64,000 nt of DNA from NCBI GenBank assembly GCA_938083505.1, contig CALKCF010000002.1, positions 64,001 to 128,000 on the forward strand, written 5' to 3'. Shown piece after piece: positions 38,789 to 48,699 of this stretch (the stretch's first letter is position 1; each line of letters begins with the position of its first letter). This DNA comes from an uncultured archaeon (GTDB lineage Archaea > Thermoproteota > Nitrososphaeria_A > Caldarchaeales > Wolframiiraptoraceae). Below the pieces are notes generated by a model. The model saw only the letters and a program-made list of their open reading frames with translations, searched no databases and was not told the DNA's origin. Made by a program: the position numbers and the translations under genes.

Positions 38789-39340
38789 TTGTACGGTTTG
38801 AAGAGTAAGACTAGATCTCTGGCCGTTTCGTCCGTCCTGGCATCTCTTTATGCAGTCTTGGTTGTGACACTTGCACCCTTCAGTTTCCTACCTTTTCAGG
38901 TAAGGGTTGCCGATGCCCTTCTCCCACTTTCTATAATGTTTGGACCTCCAGCAGCCTACGGCTTATCCATAGGATGTGCGGTTGCCAATTACATAGGTGG
39001 TCTGATACTTTTTGGCGGCGCATTTGTAATAGACGTAACCGGCGGTGCTGTAGCTAACTTTCTCGCCTGTTACCTTGCATGGCTTATAGGAGGGCATGGT
39101 GGTGTAAAGAGAAGATTTCTCGCGACACTTGTCCAAACAATAATCGTCACGCTAATAGTGGGGGGTTATCTATGGGTTCTAGTCGGCATGCCTAGCGCCT
39201 ACAACATCGTCGGTTTTGAGTTGCCCGGTCTGCTAGCAGTTATCTTAGGCGTGGCTATAGGTTCGGTAATAGCGATAAATGTCATGGGATTTGCGCTGGA
39301 GGAGGCGGTTAGAAGGGTGCTATACATAACAGATAAGTAG
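38789..39340 (+). CDS. QueT-family transporter (putative 7-deazaguanine precursor S-component)
   Basis: A.LY.V, PFSF.PFQVRVAD, GL.IGC.VAN. Confidence 0.8.
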   Translation: MYGLKSKTRSLAVSSVLASLYAVLVVTLAPFSFLPFQVRVADALLPLSIMFGPPAAYGLSIGCAVANYIGGLILFGGAFVIDVTGGAVANFLACYLAWLIGGHGGVKRRFLATLVQTIIVTLIVGGYLWVLVGMPSAYNIVGFELPGLLAVILGVAIGSVIAINVMGFALEEAVRRVLYITDK

Positions 39341-39364
39341 GAACGGGGCCTTTGGGGATTTAGT

Positions 39365-40192
39365 ATGAGCGGTAATGTGACCGTTGCTTTTCAAGGCGAG
39401 CTTGGTGCTTATAGTCATATAGCTGCCTTAAAGTTCTTCGGCTCAATAAACGCTCTACCCCAGAAGACAATATCAGACGTCTTCGAGGTCGTTGAAGCAT
39501 CCAAGGCTACATATGGAGTAGTACCATTCGAAAATTCGCTTGAGGGTAGCGTGAACGAGACATATGATATGCTTCTCGAGACTAACCTTAACGTTATGGG
39601 TGAGGTGAAGCTAAGGATAGTTCATTGCTTGATAGCTAACTTAGACATCGAAATATCCGATATAAAACGCGTTTACTCACACCCTCAAGCACTTGCGCAG
39701 TGCAAGTCTTACATTAGAGCCATGGGCTGGGAAACTGTTCCATGCTACGATACGGCTGGAAGCGTAAAGATGCTGAAAGAGTTAAAAATCAATGACGCTG
39801 CAGCAATCGCAAGCGAGCTGGCCGCTGAGATATACGGAATGAAGGTCCTCCAAAAAGGTATAGAAGATTTTGCTGCGAACTACACGAGGTTCTTAGTTAT
39901 TGGTAGGGACAGCGTTCCAAGAACCGGTAAAGACAAAACCTCGATAATCTTCACAACAAAGCACATACCGGGTGCGCTCTACGTGGCTCTCGAGGAGTTT
40001 GCAAGGAGGAGCATCAACCTTACAATGCTTGTATCAAGACCGAAGAAAAAGACACCTTGGGAGTACAATTTCTATGTAGACTTCGAGGGGCATGTTTCGG
40101 ACGAAGTTGTGAGGCATTGTCTGGAAGCGTTAAAGGACAAAACGGTATTCCTAAAAGTCTTGGGCTCCTACCCGGCAGCAACTGATGTATGA
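39365..40192 (+). CDS. pheA: Prephenate dehydratase
   Basis: FQGELGAYS, PFENSLEG, SHPQAL.QC, NYTRF, ACT domain INLT...SRP. Confidence 0.93.
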   Translation: MSGNVTVAFQGELGAYSHIAALKFFGSINALPQKTISDVFEVVEASKATYGVVPFENSLEGSVNETYDMLLETNLNVMGEVKLRIVHCLIANLDIEISDIKRVYSHPQALAQCKSYIRAMGWETVPCYDTAGSVKMLKELKINDAAAIASELAAEIYGMKVLQKGIEDFAANYTRFLVIGRDSVPRTGKDKTSIIFTTKHIPGALYVALEEFARRSINLTMLVSRPKKKTPWEYNFYVDFEGHVSDEVVRHCLEALKDKTVFLKVLGSYPAATDV

Positions 40193-40222
40193 ACACCAGT
40201 TAATCTTTTTAAGCAAAGCCAA

Positions 40223-40723
40223 ATGTTCAGGTTATCGATGATCAAGGTCATCGTCCTTTCAGACTCCCACACATATAGCTTGGATCTATTCCCGAGAAAA
40301 ATTTTAGAGGAGCTCGATACTGCTGATTGGATAATCCATGCTGGAGACTTCACGGAGATAGACCTCGTCAATGAATTAAAAGCTCGCGGGAATTTTAAAG
40401 GTGTTCGTGGCAACATGGACTCACTAGAGGTGAAGACTCTGCTTCCGGAGACCGAGCTACTAGAAGTTGGTGGCTTTCTCATAGGCATATGCCATCCTGC
40501 CGAGGGCGGGCCGCCGCTAAGAATCCAAGATAGGATTAGAGCTAAGTTCGGCAGGGTCGACGTCATAGTTTATGGCCATACCCACGAGTCAAAAAACGAA
40601 GTTCGGGATAAAATCTTATATCTAAACCCAGGCAGCGCGACTGGTGCTTGGCCCGCCACTTACGCATCTTATGGCATAGTAGAGATAAAGGATAATATTA
40701 GGGTCAGGATAGTACACATATAA
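40223..40723 (+). CDS. YfcE/MJ0936-family metallophosphoesterase
   Basis: SDSH, HAGD, GNMD, GHTH, LNPGS. Confidence 0.9.
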   Translation: MFRLSMIKVIVLSDSHTYSLDLFPRKILEELDTADWIIHAGDFTEIDLVNELKARGNFKGVRGNMDSLEVKTLLPETELLEVGGFLIGICHPAEGGPPLRIQDRIRAKFGRVDVIVYGHTHESKNEVRDKILYLNPGSATGAWPATYASYGIVEIKDNIRVRIVHI

Positions 40724-40729
40724 ATATTT

Positions 40730-41218
40730 TTGAGTAGCTACGGTAATCCTGTTTTTGGAATGGTTGTTTGGTACTTTGCTTACGGTGCTAACCTAAACAA
40801 AGATCTGATGAAGAAAAGGGTTGGCGGATGGAGGGATTGCAAGAGGGGCGTATTGGAAGGTTACAAGTTGAGCTTTGATGTTTTCTCAAAAAGCTGGGGA
40901 GGTGGTGTGGCGGACATAAGGGAAGAAAGCGGCTCCAAAGTTTACGGCGCAGTTTATCTACTTGATGAGGAGCAATTAAAGGTGCTTGATAGGTACGAAG
41001 GTGTTCCGAGCATTTACCTCAGAAGAAAAGTAATCGTGAAGACAGATGATGGTGAAGTTAAAGCCGTGACTTATGTCGCCGCTAACCCGAAACAGTACGT
41101 TAGACCCTCAGCAGAGTACCTAGCGATGATGCAAAAGGGCTTAAGACAGCATGGTTATGGTGACGAAGTTCTAAGAGAGGTTAGGAGGTTAGCTGAGGGG
41201 TTAGGATTAAAGATTTAA
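40730..41218 (+). CDS. Gamma-glutamylcyclotransferase (AIG2-like) family protein
   Basis: YFAYGANL, VYG, LDRYEG, PSAEY. Confidence 0.88.
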   Translation: MSSYGNPVFGMVVWYFAYGANLNKDLMKKRVGGWRDCKRGVLEGYKLSFDVFSKSWGGGVADIREESGSKVYGAVYLLDEEQLKVLDRYEGVPSIYLRRKVIVKTDDGEVKAVTYVAANPKQYVRPSAEYLAMMQKGLRQHGYGDEVLREVRRLAEGLGLKI

Positions 41219-41242
41219 TATAAACTTCATCATACCTCAACA

Positions 41243-41797
41243 GTGTTGAAGATAGCAGTTGACCTTGATGGCGTTTTAGCTGATAGCATATCTATGTGGT
41301 TGGCGATATGGAATGCATCTAAAGGTAGCTCGCTTACACTTAAGGACGTTAAATGTTGGGATTTTTGGAAGGAACTCGGAATTACTTCGAGCGAGTTTCA
41401 TAGAATATTCTACAAAGCATGGAAAAATTGGCAACTAATACAACCAACGGAGTTGGATCTTATCTCTAAGGTCACAATGTTGGAAGAGTTGGGTAGAGTC
41501 GATATAGTGACCTCAAGGCCAAAGAACACCAGGGCATATGTATTAAAGTGGTTGGAAAAGCATGGGCTCGGCAACAAGAGCGTGGTGTTCGTTAAGAGCA
41601 ATAAATCAGAGCTCGACTATGAGGTTTACATAGATGACTCTCCGGTCAACGCCGAGGAGATAGCGTCCGCAGGAAAGTACGTAGCCTTATATGACAGACC
41701 GTGGAATAGACATATGATAGATACTTATAGGATAAAGCGTGTCATGAACTTGGAGGAAGCCTACCTATTCATAAAAACGCATGTTTTAGGACGTTAA
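41243..41797 (+). CDS. 5'(3')-deoxyribonucleotidase-like HAD (NT5C type)
   Basis: DLDGVLAD, VTSR, YIDDSP, PWN. Confidence 0.82.
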   Translation: MLKIAVDLDGVLADSISMWLAIWNASKGSSLTLKDVKCWDFWKELGITSSEFHRIFYKAWKNWQLIQPTELDLISKVTMLEELGRVDIVTSRPKNTRAYVLKWLEKHGLGNKSVVFVKSNKSELDYEVYIDDSPVNAEEIASAGKYVALYDRPWNRHMIDTYRIKRVMNLEEAYLFIKTHVLGR

Positions 41798-41816
41798 GAT
41801 GTTTTTGTTTGAAATT

Positions 41817-43229
41817 TTATGAGCCCCACTCTGTGTGGAAAGTTCCAGACTTGTCGACCCTCTCGTATCCATGCGCACCGAAGCGGTCCCTTAAAGCCTG
41901 TATGAGATTTGCTGGCAGACGTTCGCGTCTAAAACAATCGAAGTAGTCTAAGGCAGAAGATATTGCAGGGCAGGGGATGCCGGTAAGCTTTGCCGTACTT
42001 ACGAATGACCTCCATTCCGCTTGTCTATCACATAACTCCTTTGCGTATGTAGTGTCAAGTAGAAGATTCACAAGCTCAGGTCTTCTGGAGTAAACGTCCA
42101 TTATCATGTTAAGCAACCTCGCCCTTATGATACATCCGCCTCTCCATACTTTGGCCACTTCCCACAACTTTGGGACATAGCCAAACTCCTTTGATGCCAC
42201 AGATATTAGGGACATTCCTTGAGCGAAGGCTACGAGCATTGTGCAGTGCAACGACGACCTTGCTGCACTTATAATAGACGATTTGTCTACATTAGGTTTT
42301 ACATCCATCATACATTTTATGATCTTCGATGCCGTAACCCTTTCTTCTTTCAACGCAGACATGTTTCTCGCAGAGACCGCGGCGTCAATCGTGGGCACAG
42401 GTACGCCTAAGTCCATTGCCGTCTGTGACGTCCACTTACCAGTTCCCTTCTGGCCTGCTTTATCCAATATTAGCTCGACAAGCGGTTTCTTAGTCTCATA
42501 ATCAATCTTACTCAAAACCTCAGAAGCTATCTCTAAAAGGAAGGAGTTTAGCTCTCCGGCGTTCCAATCGGCAAATATCTCAGAAATAGTTAGAGCATCT
42601 AACCCGAGCAACGTCGTAAAGGCATCATAGACCTCTGCTATGGCTTGCATTATTGCATACTCAATACCGTTGTGCACCATCTTCACGAAGTGACCGGCAC
42701 CACCAGGCCCCATGTAACCATAGCACGCATCATCCCCAACCTTTGCGGCAATCTTTACGAATACGGGCCTCATGATTTCCTCAGCCTCAGACGGGCCACC
42801 AGCCATTATACAAGGCCCCTTCAGCGCACCCTCCTCGCCACCGCTTATTCCAACACCCATGAAATGTATACCATGCTCTCCCAGCTTCTTCATTCTTCTT
42901 TCGGTATCTTTGAAGTACGAGTTACCACCATCTACTACTACGTCCCCCGGCTCAAGCCATACCATTAGCTGGCTAAGAAACTCATCAACAGCCTCACCAG
43001 CTTTAACCATCAATATTATCCTGCGGGGCTTCTCAAGAGATTTAACAAAGTCTTCTATAGAAAAGTATGCAAATATGTTTTTCCCCTTTGCTCTCTGTTC
43101 CATGAATGTTTTGGTCCTATCTGCAGACCTGTTATAAACGGATACCACGAACCCTTTATGTTCGATGTTGAGGGCAAGGTTTGCACCCATGGTTGCAAGT
43201 CCTATGAGCCCTACGTCTGACTCTCGCAT
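41817..43229 (-). CDS. gndA: NADP-dependent 6-phosphogluconate dehydrogenase, decarboxylating (long form)
   Basis: GLATMG, YNRS, MVKAG, DGGN, SGGEEGA, KMVHNGIEY, QKGTG, WRGGCIIR, RDRFGAH. Confidence 0.93.
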   Translation of the reverse strand: MRESDVGLIGLATMGANLALNIEHKGFVVSVYNRSADRTKTFMEQRAKGKNIFAYFSIEDFVKSLEKPRRIILMVKAGEAVDEFLSQLMVWLEPGDVVVDGGNSYFKDTERRMKKLGEHGIHFMGVGISGGEEGALKGPCIMAGGPSEAEEIMRPVFVKIAAKVGDDACYGYMGPGGAGHFVKMVHNGIEYAIMQAIAEVYDAFTTLLGLDALTISEIFADWNAGELNSFLLEIASEVLSKIDYETKKPLVELILDKAGQKGTGKWTSQTAMDLGVPVPTIDAAVSARNMSALKEERVTASKIIKCMMDVKPNVDKSSIISAARSSLHCTMLVAFAQGMSLISVASKEFGYVPKLWEVAKVWRGGCIIRARLLNMIMDVYSRRPELVNLLLDTTYAKELCDRQAEWRSFVSTAKLTGIPCPAISSALDYFDCFRRERLPANLIQALRDRFGAHGYERVDKSGTFHTEWGS

Positions 43230-43325
43230 AAATATATTTTTTTATCAAAGTAACAAAAAAGCTTATCGTATAATATATCAGTGGGGTTAACATAAAACTA
43301 TAATTCTGACCTTTCCACATGAATT

Positions 43326-44492
43326 TTGAGAAACATGGGTCAAACTGTTAGTAGCTTAGGTTACATCAACCAGATATTCCAAAATGTGGAGCTCGTTGAC
43401 GTGCCGCAACAGGAGAATTTCTATTACAGTCTTATGAAAAGCGGGGTGATAATTCCATCGGCTGAAGGAAGGTCTAAAGGCGCGCTAAGCATAGTGTGCA
43501 GCGAGATGGCCAAGATGAGGAAGGGAAAGATAATCGTGGACAGGAGCGACCTTGGCTTTCCAGGTAGGAGCATTTCTGAGGCGGCACCAATCCTGAAACA
43601 CAGATATGGTTATGTAAGCTTGCTAATAAACAGCGGCAGCGGTAAATCACTCATGCCCCTTATAGATGCTCAGAGTATGGCCCTTCATATAGAAAAGACG
43701 GGAGATGTCAAAAACTTTAGCATAGATGTCATGACTTCGGATGCCAACTCACCAATAGGGAAGCTCGGTGAAAAATATGGGAACGTCCTCATAATTAAAG
43801 GACGAGGGGAGAACAAGCGAACGGAGGGTGAAGCAAGGGAATTCCAATCCCATGGCATACTGGAGGACGTATTCATTCTGGGCAGCATGGTAATGCTTTA
43901 TGCAATGGCGGAGGCCATGAATGACGATAAGCCGGCTGAGAAGATACAGGATTATGTAAGCCCACTTTCGGTGGAGATATGTAAGATGGTGGACGACGTT
44001 ATAAAATCAAAATTCTTTGAATTTTTGGTGAATAATCTAGAAGAGAGGAAGGCCTGCTTCTTTGCTGGTCTCGGTAGCGGTCAGGAAGTTGCCAGAATGA
44101 CTGCAGTAAGGGTTGGACATGTAAAAAGAGCGATAGGTGACCACGTATACGTTGCGGGCGAGTCAAGCACACCAGCTCCAAGGGCTGGCGACATTTTGAT
44201 AGTTATTTCTCAAAGTGGTGAGACTGAGATAGTCCTAAGCTGGTGTAAGAACTTCAAAAGGCTGGGCGGCAAGATTGCCGCAATAATTGGGACGCCTGGT
44301 TCAACGCTACAATCGATTGCCGACGAATCTTATGTAATAAAGAGTGAAAGGGTTCCTGGCAAACCAAGCGACTTTTACGTCAAGGCTGCGTTCGCGCTTA
44401 GCCCTCTGCCCATATACTTGGTCAGTCGTATTGAGGAGCGTGGCCTGAAGTTACCAGAATACATACTAAAATGGTACCATTCAGTAATGTGA
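43326..44492 (+). CDS. Tandem-SIS-domain protein, 6-phospho-3-hexuloisomerase (HxlB)-like
   Basis: EGRS and NSGSG in domain 1; GES.TP...GDILIVISQSGET in domain 2. Confidence 0.65.
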   Translation: MRNMGQTVSSLGYINQIFQNVELVDVPQQENFYYSLMKSGVIIPSAEGRSKGALSIVCSEMAKMRKGKIIVDRSDLGFPGRSISEAAPILKHRYGYVSLLINSGSGKSLMPLIDAQSMALHIEKTGDVKNFSIDVMTSDANSPIGKLGEKYGNVLIIKGRGENKRTEGEAREFQSHGILEDVFILGSMVMLYAMAEAMNDDKPAEKIQDYVSPLSVEICKMVDDVIKSKFFEFLVNNLEERKACFFAGLGSGQEVARMTAVRVGHVKRAIGDHVYVAGESSTPAPRAGDILIVISQSGETEIVLSWCKNFKRLGGKIAAIIGTPGSTLQSIADESYVIKSERVPGKPSDFYVKAAFALSPLPIYLVSRIEERGLKLPEYILKWYHSVM

Positions 44493-44493
44493 G

Positions 44494-45528
44494 CTACTCC
44501 GCAACTTTTCTTATGGGTTTATCTAACATTTCATGGAACTCTCTCATCCAAGGCAATATATCCCTTCCAAGAATGCTAATGAACTTCTCCTCGTCCGGGC
44601 TGGCGCTGTGTATGTACACTATATCGAGCCTCAGCTTAAGGAATTCTGCAAGCTCCTTGAATATATCGTCCGGGTCCGTTGTTATGAGCCAAGTTCTTTT
44701 GATTTTTTCTATCTCCTCTGGACTGACATTTGCCTCCAACTCTCTAGGGTCGTAGAGCTTTTCTCGTTTTTCCCTCGGTATCGCTGTTGATGCCCAGAAA
44801 AGTGCAGAGTTTAACGCTCTATCGTAATCCACGTCGTATGAAACTTTGAATTCCATAGACTTTACGAGTGTTGACGGATCCCTTCCGGCCTCTATCGCAG
44901 CCTTCTCCATGGCACGAACTATCTCGTAATATTTCTCAAGACCCCTAGGATTTATCAGCATACCGTCGCAAAGCCTTCCGGCGATCTTCGCGACCCTTGG
45001 ACATGCCGACGCTACGTATATCGGTATCTTCATCTTTGGCTTTGTATAGAGCTTTGCGTTCCTCAGTCTGTAGTACTTTCCCTCAAAATTTACGAAATCA
45101 CCTTTCCAGAGCTCCAGTATTATCTTGATAGCTTCTTCAAGCCTATCAACCTTCTCCTCAAAGCCTGGCCATTCAAACCCCAGAGGTTTCTCGTTCATCG
45201 CATGACCTGTACCAACAGTCAGGAACACCCTACCAGGATACATATAGTCTAACGTTGCAAAAGCCTGGGCAACGATTGCCGGATGATACCTGAACATCGG
45301 TGTGGTTACAGCAGTGCCTACTTGAACCCTCTTTGTTCTTTCTGCCACCGCTGCAAGCCAAACCCACGGAAAACCTGACTGTCCGCCAGTGTCACGCCAT
45401 GGATGGAAGTGATCGCTCGTAGCTATTATATCAAAACCCGCGACCTCTGCTCTGACTGCAAAGTCCAGCAGACGTGTCGGATCATATTGTTCCTGTGCCG
45501 CCCAATAGCCTAACCTGAGTGTCCTCAT
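44494..45528 (-). CDS. F420-dependent LLM oxidoreductase, Fgd (sugar-6-phosphate dehydrogenase) family
   Basis: AQEQY, SDHFHPW, GTAVTTPMFRYHPAIVAQAFAT, GTGHAMNE, EFKVSYD, YDP.ELE. Confidence 0.8.
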   Translation of the reverse strand: MRTLRLGYWAAQEQYDPTRLLDFAVRAEVAGFDIIATSDHFHPWRDTGGQSGFPWVWLAAVAERTKRVQVGTAVTTPMFRYHPAIVAQAFATLDYMYPGRVFLTVGTGHAMNEKPLGFEWPGFEEKVDRLEEAIKIILELWKGDFVNFEGKYYRLRNAKLYTKPKMKIPIYVASACPRVAKIAGRLCDGMLINPRGLEKYYEIVRAMEKAAIEAGRDPSTLVKSMEFKVSYDVDYDRALNSALFWASTAIPREKREKLYDPRELEANVSPEEIEKIKRTWLITTDPDDIFKELAEFLKLRLDIVYIHSASPDEEKFISILGRDILPWMREFHEMLDKPIRKVAE

Positions 45529-45632
45529 ACCTGCCTTACTATGAGCGAGTCAGACCTATTTAGTCTTGCTTATAAACTTGGCCAAATAATTAATATGCCG
45601 CTAAAAATGAGCTACTTGAATCAGGTGGGTCT

Positions 45633-46289
45633 ATGTTCGTGTTACTTTCGCATAAACTCAGCACCGCAACGCCTGTATATGCCAGGGGCCCAAGCCTTAC
45701 ACTGAAGCCCTTGAAGCAAATAAGCAAGGGCGACAGCAGTAACAGCTACCTAATAGAAATACCAAACCATTTGGGAACACATGTGGATGCGCCTCGGCAT
45801 TTCGATCCTTCTGGGCGCTCTATAGCGGATTACGGGATAGAAAGTCTAACATTTAAAAAACCGCTATTGCTTAACATACCGAAGCAAGATTCGGAGCTGA
45901 TTATGGCCGAAGATTTGGAAAGGCATGAGGACAAAATTATAGAGGCAGACATACTTCTAATAAAGACCGGTTTCCAGAGGTTTAGGTCATCTGACCCCCA
46001 AAGGTACAGCATGCACAACCCAGGCCTTTCCTCCAATGCTGCCAGCTACGTAGTTAAGAACTTTCCAAACCTTAGGGCCCTAGGTTTGGACACGATTTCC
46101 TTATCTTCTGTTGACCATAGAGAGGATGGTAGGCTTTCGCATAAGATATTGTTGAGCGGTCGGGATTTCTTTATTATAGAGGACATGGACCTTTCGAAGC
46201 TTACTGAAAGTCCAAAGATGGTGATGGTCGTACCACTCTTTATCGAAGGTATCGATAGCGCTCCTTGCGTCGTAATTGCCGAGGTTTAA
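45633..46289 (+). CDS. Cyclase/kynurenine formamidase-family metallohydrolase
   Basis: HLGTHVDAPRHF, LIKTG, GLDT.S, H..LL, IIED. Confidence 0.88.
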   Translation: MFVLLSHKLSTATPVYARGPSLTLKPLKQISKGDSSNSYLIEIPNHLGTHVDAPRHFDPSGRSIADYGIESLTFKKPLLLNIPKQDSELIMAEDLERHEDKIIEADILLIKTGFQRFRSSDPQRYSMHNPGLSSNAASYVVKNFPNLRALGLDTISLSSVDHREDGRLSHKILLSGRDFFIIEDMDLSKLTESPKMVMVVPLFIEGIDSAPCVVIAEV

Positions 46290-46423
46290 CTAAGGGTTAC
46301 CCTTCTTGAATTTTTTCGGAAAAATTTTACACGTTAATGAAGCCGTAAACCTATAATTTTACGAAAAACGTAAACATTATGCTTAAATACGTATAATGGT
46401 AACGATAAACATACGAATAGGCC

Positions 46424-47821
46424 ATGAGACCGGTCATCCTCGACTCAACGTTACGCGAGGGGCAACTTTATAGGATATTTAGTCGTGAAGTCAACAAACA
46501 GATAGCCGTTCAGCTGGCAGAGATAAACATTCCAAGGATAGAGCTAACGGTCGATTATCCACCTAGGACCACATATGAGGATGTTGCATGCATCGTAGAT
46601 GCATTGGGTTCTTACGACGTGGAGATCGTGATGCACGGCAGGGCTTACCAGAGGGATATAGAGGCAATGAGCAAGTACGACATAGATGGTTGTGCCCTTT
46701 ACCTTGCACCGACGGACATTCATAGAGAGTACAAGCTTGGCGGCATATCTTATGAGGATGCTGTACGGAGGATGGAAGAATCGATAGAATTGGCAAAATC
46801 ATTTGGCTTCAAGTACATAAGAGCAACAGTTGAGGATGCAAGTAGGTTTTACTTAGAAGGCCAAGCCGGTATGGAAAAACTTTTAAAACTTATTGACTTA
46901 TTGGGTGATGTTGGTGCAAGTTTAGTAAGCGTACCGGATACAGCCGGCATGTTATCTCCGACTCAAGCCAAAGACTTCGTGTCAAAGATAAAGAAAAAAT
47001 GCAAGACCCCAATATCGTGTCATTTCCACAACGACTATGGTTATGCTTCAGCGAACACGGTCGAGGCAGTAGCCGAAGGTGCTGATGAGGCGCATGTATG
47101 TATACTTGGAATCGGTGATAGAAATGGAATAGCGGATCTTTACGAAGTCATTGCAGGGTTAGAAGATCTATACAACATAAACACAGGTGTGAGGCGCGAG
47201 GCTATTTCTAAGCTCTATGAAAAATTTTCAAAGCTTACAGGCATAAGACCCTACTTTTCCCATCCACTTTCGAAAGAAGCCAGAACTGTCAGGGCAGGTG
47301 TGCATCAATCCATGGTCATTAAGATGCCGAAGGGTTATGTCCCTGAAAAGAAGCTGATATATGACTTTAACGGAAGTCTTATATTTGAAGCTACTCCTTA
47401 CTTGAGTCATAAAATTGTTGAAAGGCTACTGTCGAAGTATGGAGTTAAGGACGATGAGGTGAGAAAGATTACAGAGATTCTCGCCTACAGCGCAAGTAGC
47501 AAAGGAAGAAAGCTCCTACCGTCAGAAGTTAGGGAGATCCTATTGAACGCTGGCATATCAGTCAGCATGGAAGAAATCTCGAACATGTTCGGAACCGAGA
47601 GCGCCTACATCCTGATAAGGCTGAAGCCCCAGTTCCCGGCATCAAAGATAATAAGCGAGCTTATAACATGGGATGATGTAGAAAGTATCGACGAAGTTTA
47701 TGGCGATGTGGATATGATAATAAAGGCGAAAGTGTTGTCAGGTGATGATAACGTGGTGTCCCGTCTTAAGAAGACTTTTTCCGGGGTTGTCGAAGACGTT
47801 AGGGTACTAATCACCGACTAA
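46424..47821 (+). CDS. Homocitrate/2-isopropylmalate synthase family with C-terminal Lrp-type RAM domain
   Basis: DSTLREG, PDTAG, HFHNDYG, GIGDRNG, AGVHQ; C-terminal EVYGDVD as in Sulfolobales-type homocitrate synthase. Confidence 0.8.
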   Translation: MRPVILDSTLREGQLYRIFSREVNKQIAVQLAEINIPRIELTVDYPPRTTYEDVACIVDALGSYDVEIVMHGRAYQRDIEAMSKYDIDGCALYLAPTDIHREYKLGGISYEDAVRRMEESIELAKSFGFKYIRATVEDASRFYLEGQAGMEKLLKLIDLLGDVGASLVSVPDTAGMLSPTQAKDFVSKIKKKCKTPISCHFHNDYGYASANTVEAVAEGADEAHVCILGIGDRNGIADLYEVIAGLEDLYNINTGVRREAISKLYEKFSKLTGIRPYFSHPLSKEARTVRAGVHQSMVIKMPKGYVPEKKLIYDFNGSLIFEATPYLSHKIVERLLSKYGVKDDEVRKITEILAYSASSKGRKLLPSEVREILLNAGISVSMEEISNMFGTESAYILIRLKPQFPASKIISELITWDDVESIDEVYGDVDMIIKAKVLSGDDNVVSRLKKTFSGVVEDVRVLITD

Positions 47822-48626
47822 CGAGTCCCCCGATGTATTCTTTGATAACTTCCGCAGTAGTTAAACCTCTGAAGACCTTGACTATGTTTCCGTCTTCATC
47901 CATTAATACTAGGTGCGGATACCCAGTTGCTCCAAAAGCATTAAGAAGCCTATATTCAGGGTCCATTCCTGTCTGCCAAGAGACGCCGTGTGCCTCGTTA
48001 AACGAAACGACATCTTCAACCGTCACTCTAATGTCTGCGCATACAGATAACACGTTGATTATATCACCATAATTTTCCACGATCTTCTTTAATTCATAGG
48101 CCTGCATGCTACAGTATTTACACCAAGGCGACATCAATTCTAACAGTAAGGGCTTACCCTTAAAATTCGATAGAGTTATAACCTCACCGTTTAAGAGCTC
48201 AAACTCCACGTGAAGGTATTGTCGTTCATTTGGATGTATGATAAGTCCTAACTCACCACCGATGTACGCCGTCGCGACCACACTTACAATACCGGTGAGC
48301 GAAACAATTAACGATATACTCACAATCTGCTTTAGTTTGGTTTGAAAAGCCTCTTTTTTAGAGACATAAAACAATAGGAGTAAAATACCTAGAGCTAGCG
48401 TTGGAGCTAAAAAACTTAGGTTAACCTCTAGCCCTCCAAGTTTCGCATAGTATCCTAAAAGGTTAACAAGTACAGGACTGCAAAGACAGTCAAGGCCAGA
48501 CTCTTTCGCTGCAAGGTTCGGAACACCCACTATTGCCGCCAATATGCCGGACACAGACCATAGAACAAACACCACAAACAGCCCTAAGATTAACTTAACT
48601 AAAAACTGACTCTTTACATTCTTCAT
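47811..48626 (-). CDS. Membrane-anchored TlpA/thioredoxin-like protein
   Basis: About three N-terminal TM segments, then LSNFKGKP, PWCKYC, GYPHLV.MD..G. Confidence 0.8.
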   Translation of the reverse strand: MKNVKSQFLVKLILGLFVVFVLWSVSGILAAIVGVPNLAAKESGLDCLCSPVLVNLLGYYAKLGGLEVNLSFLAPTLALGILLLLFYVSKKEAFQTKLKQIVSISLIVSLTGIVSVVATAYIGGELGLIIHPNERQYLHVEFELLNGEVITLSNFKGKPLLLELMSPWCKYCSMQAYELKKIVENYGDIINVLSVCADIRVTVEDVVSFNEAHGVSWQTGMDPEYRLLNAFGATGYPHLVLMDEDGNIVKVFRGLTTAEVIKEYIGGLVSR

Positions 48627-48699
48627 AAAAGCCTCCCCCTTCTTTAATGCCAACCCAAAAATATATAAGATCTCTAGTTCAGTAATTAAGATTTTTCCA

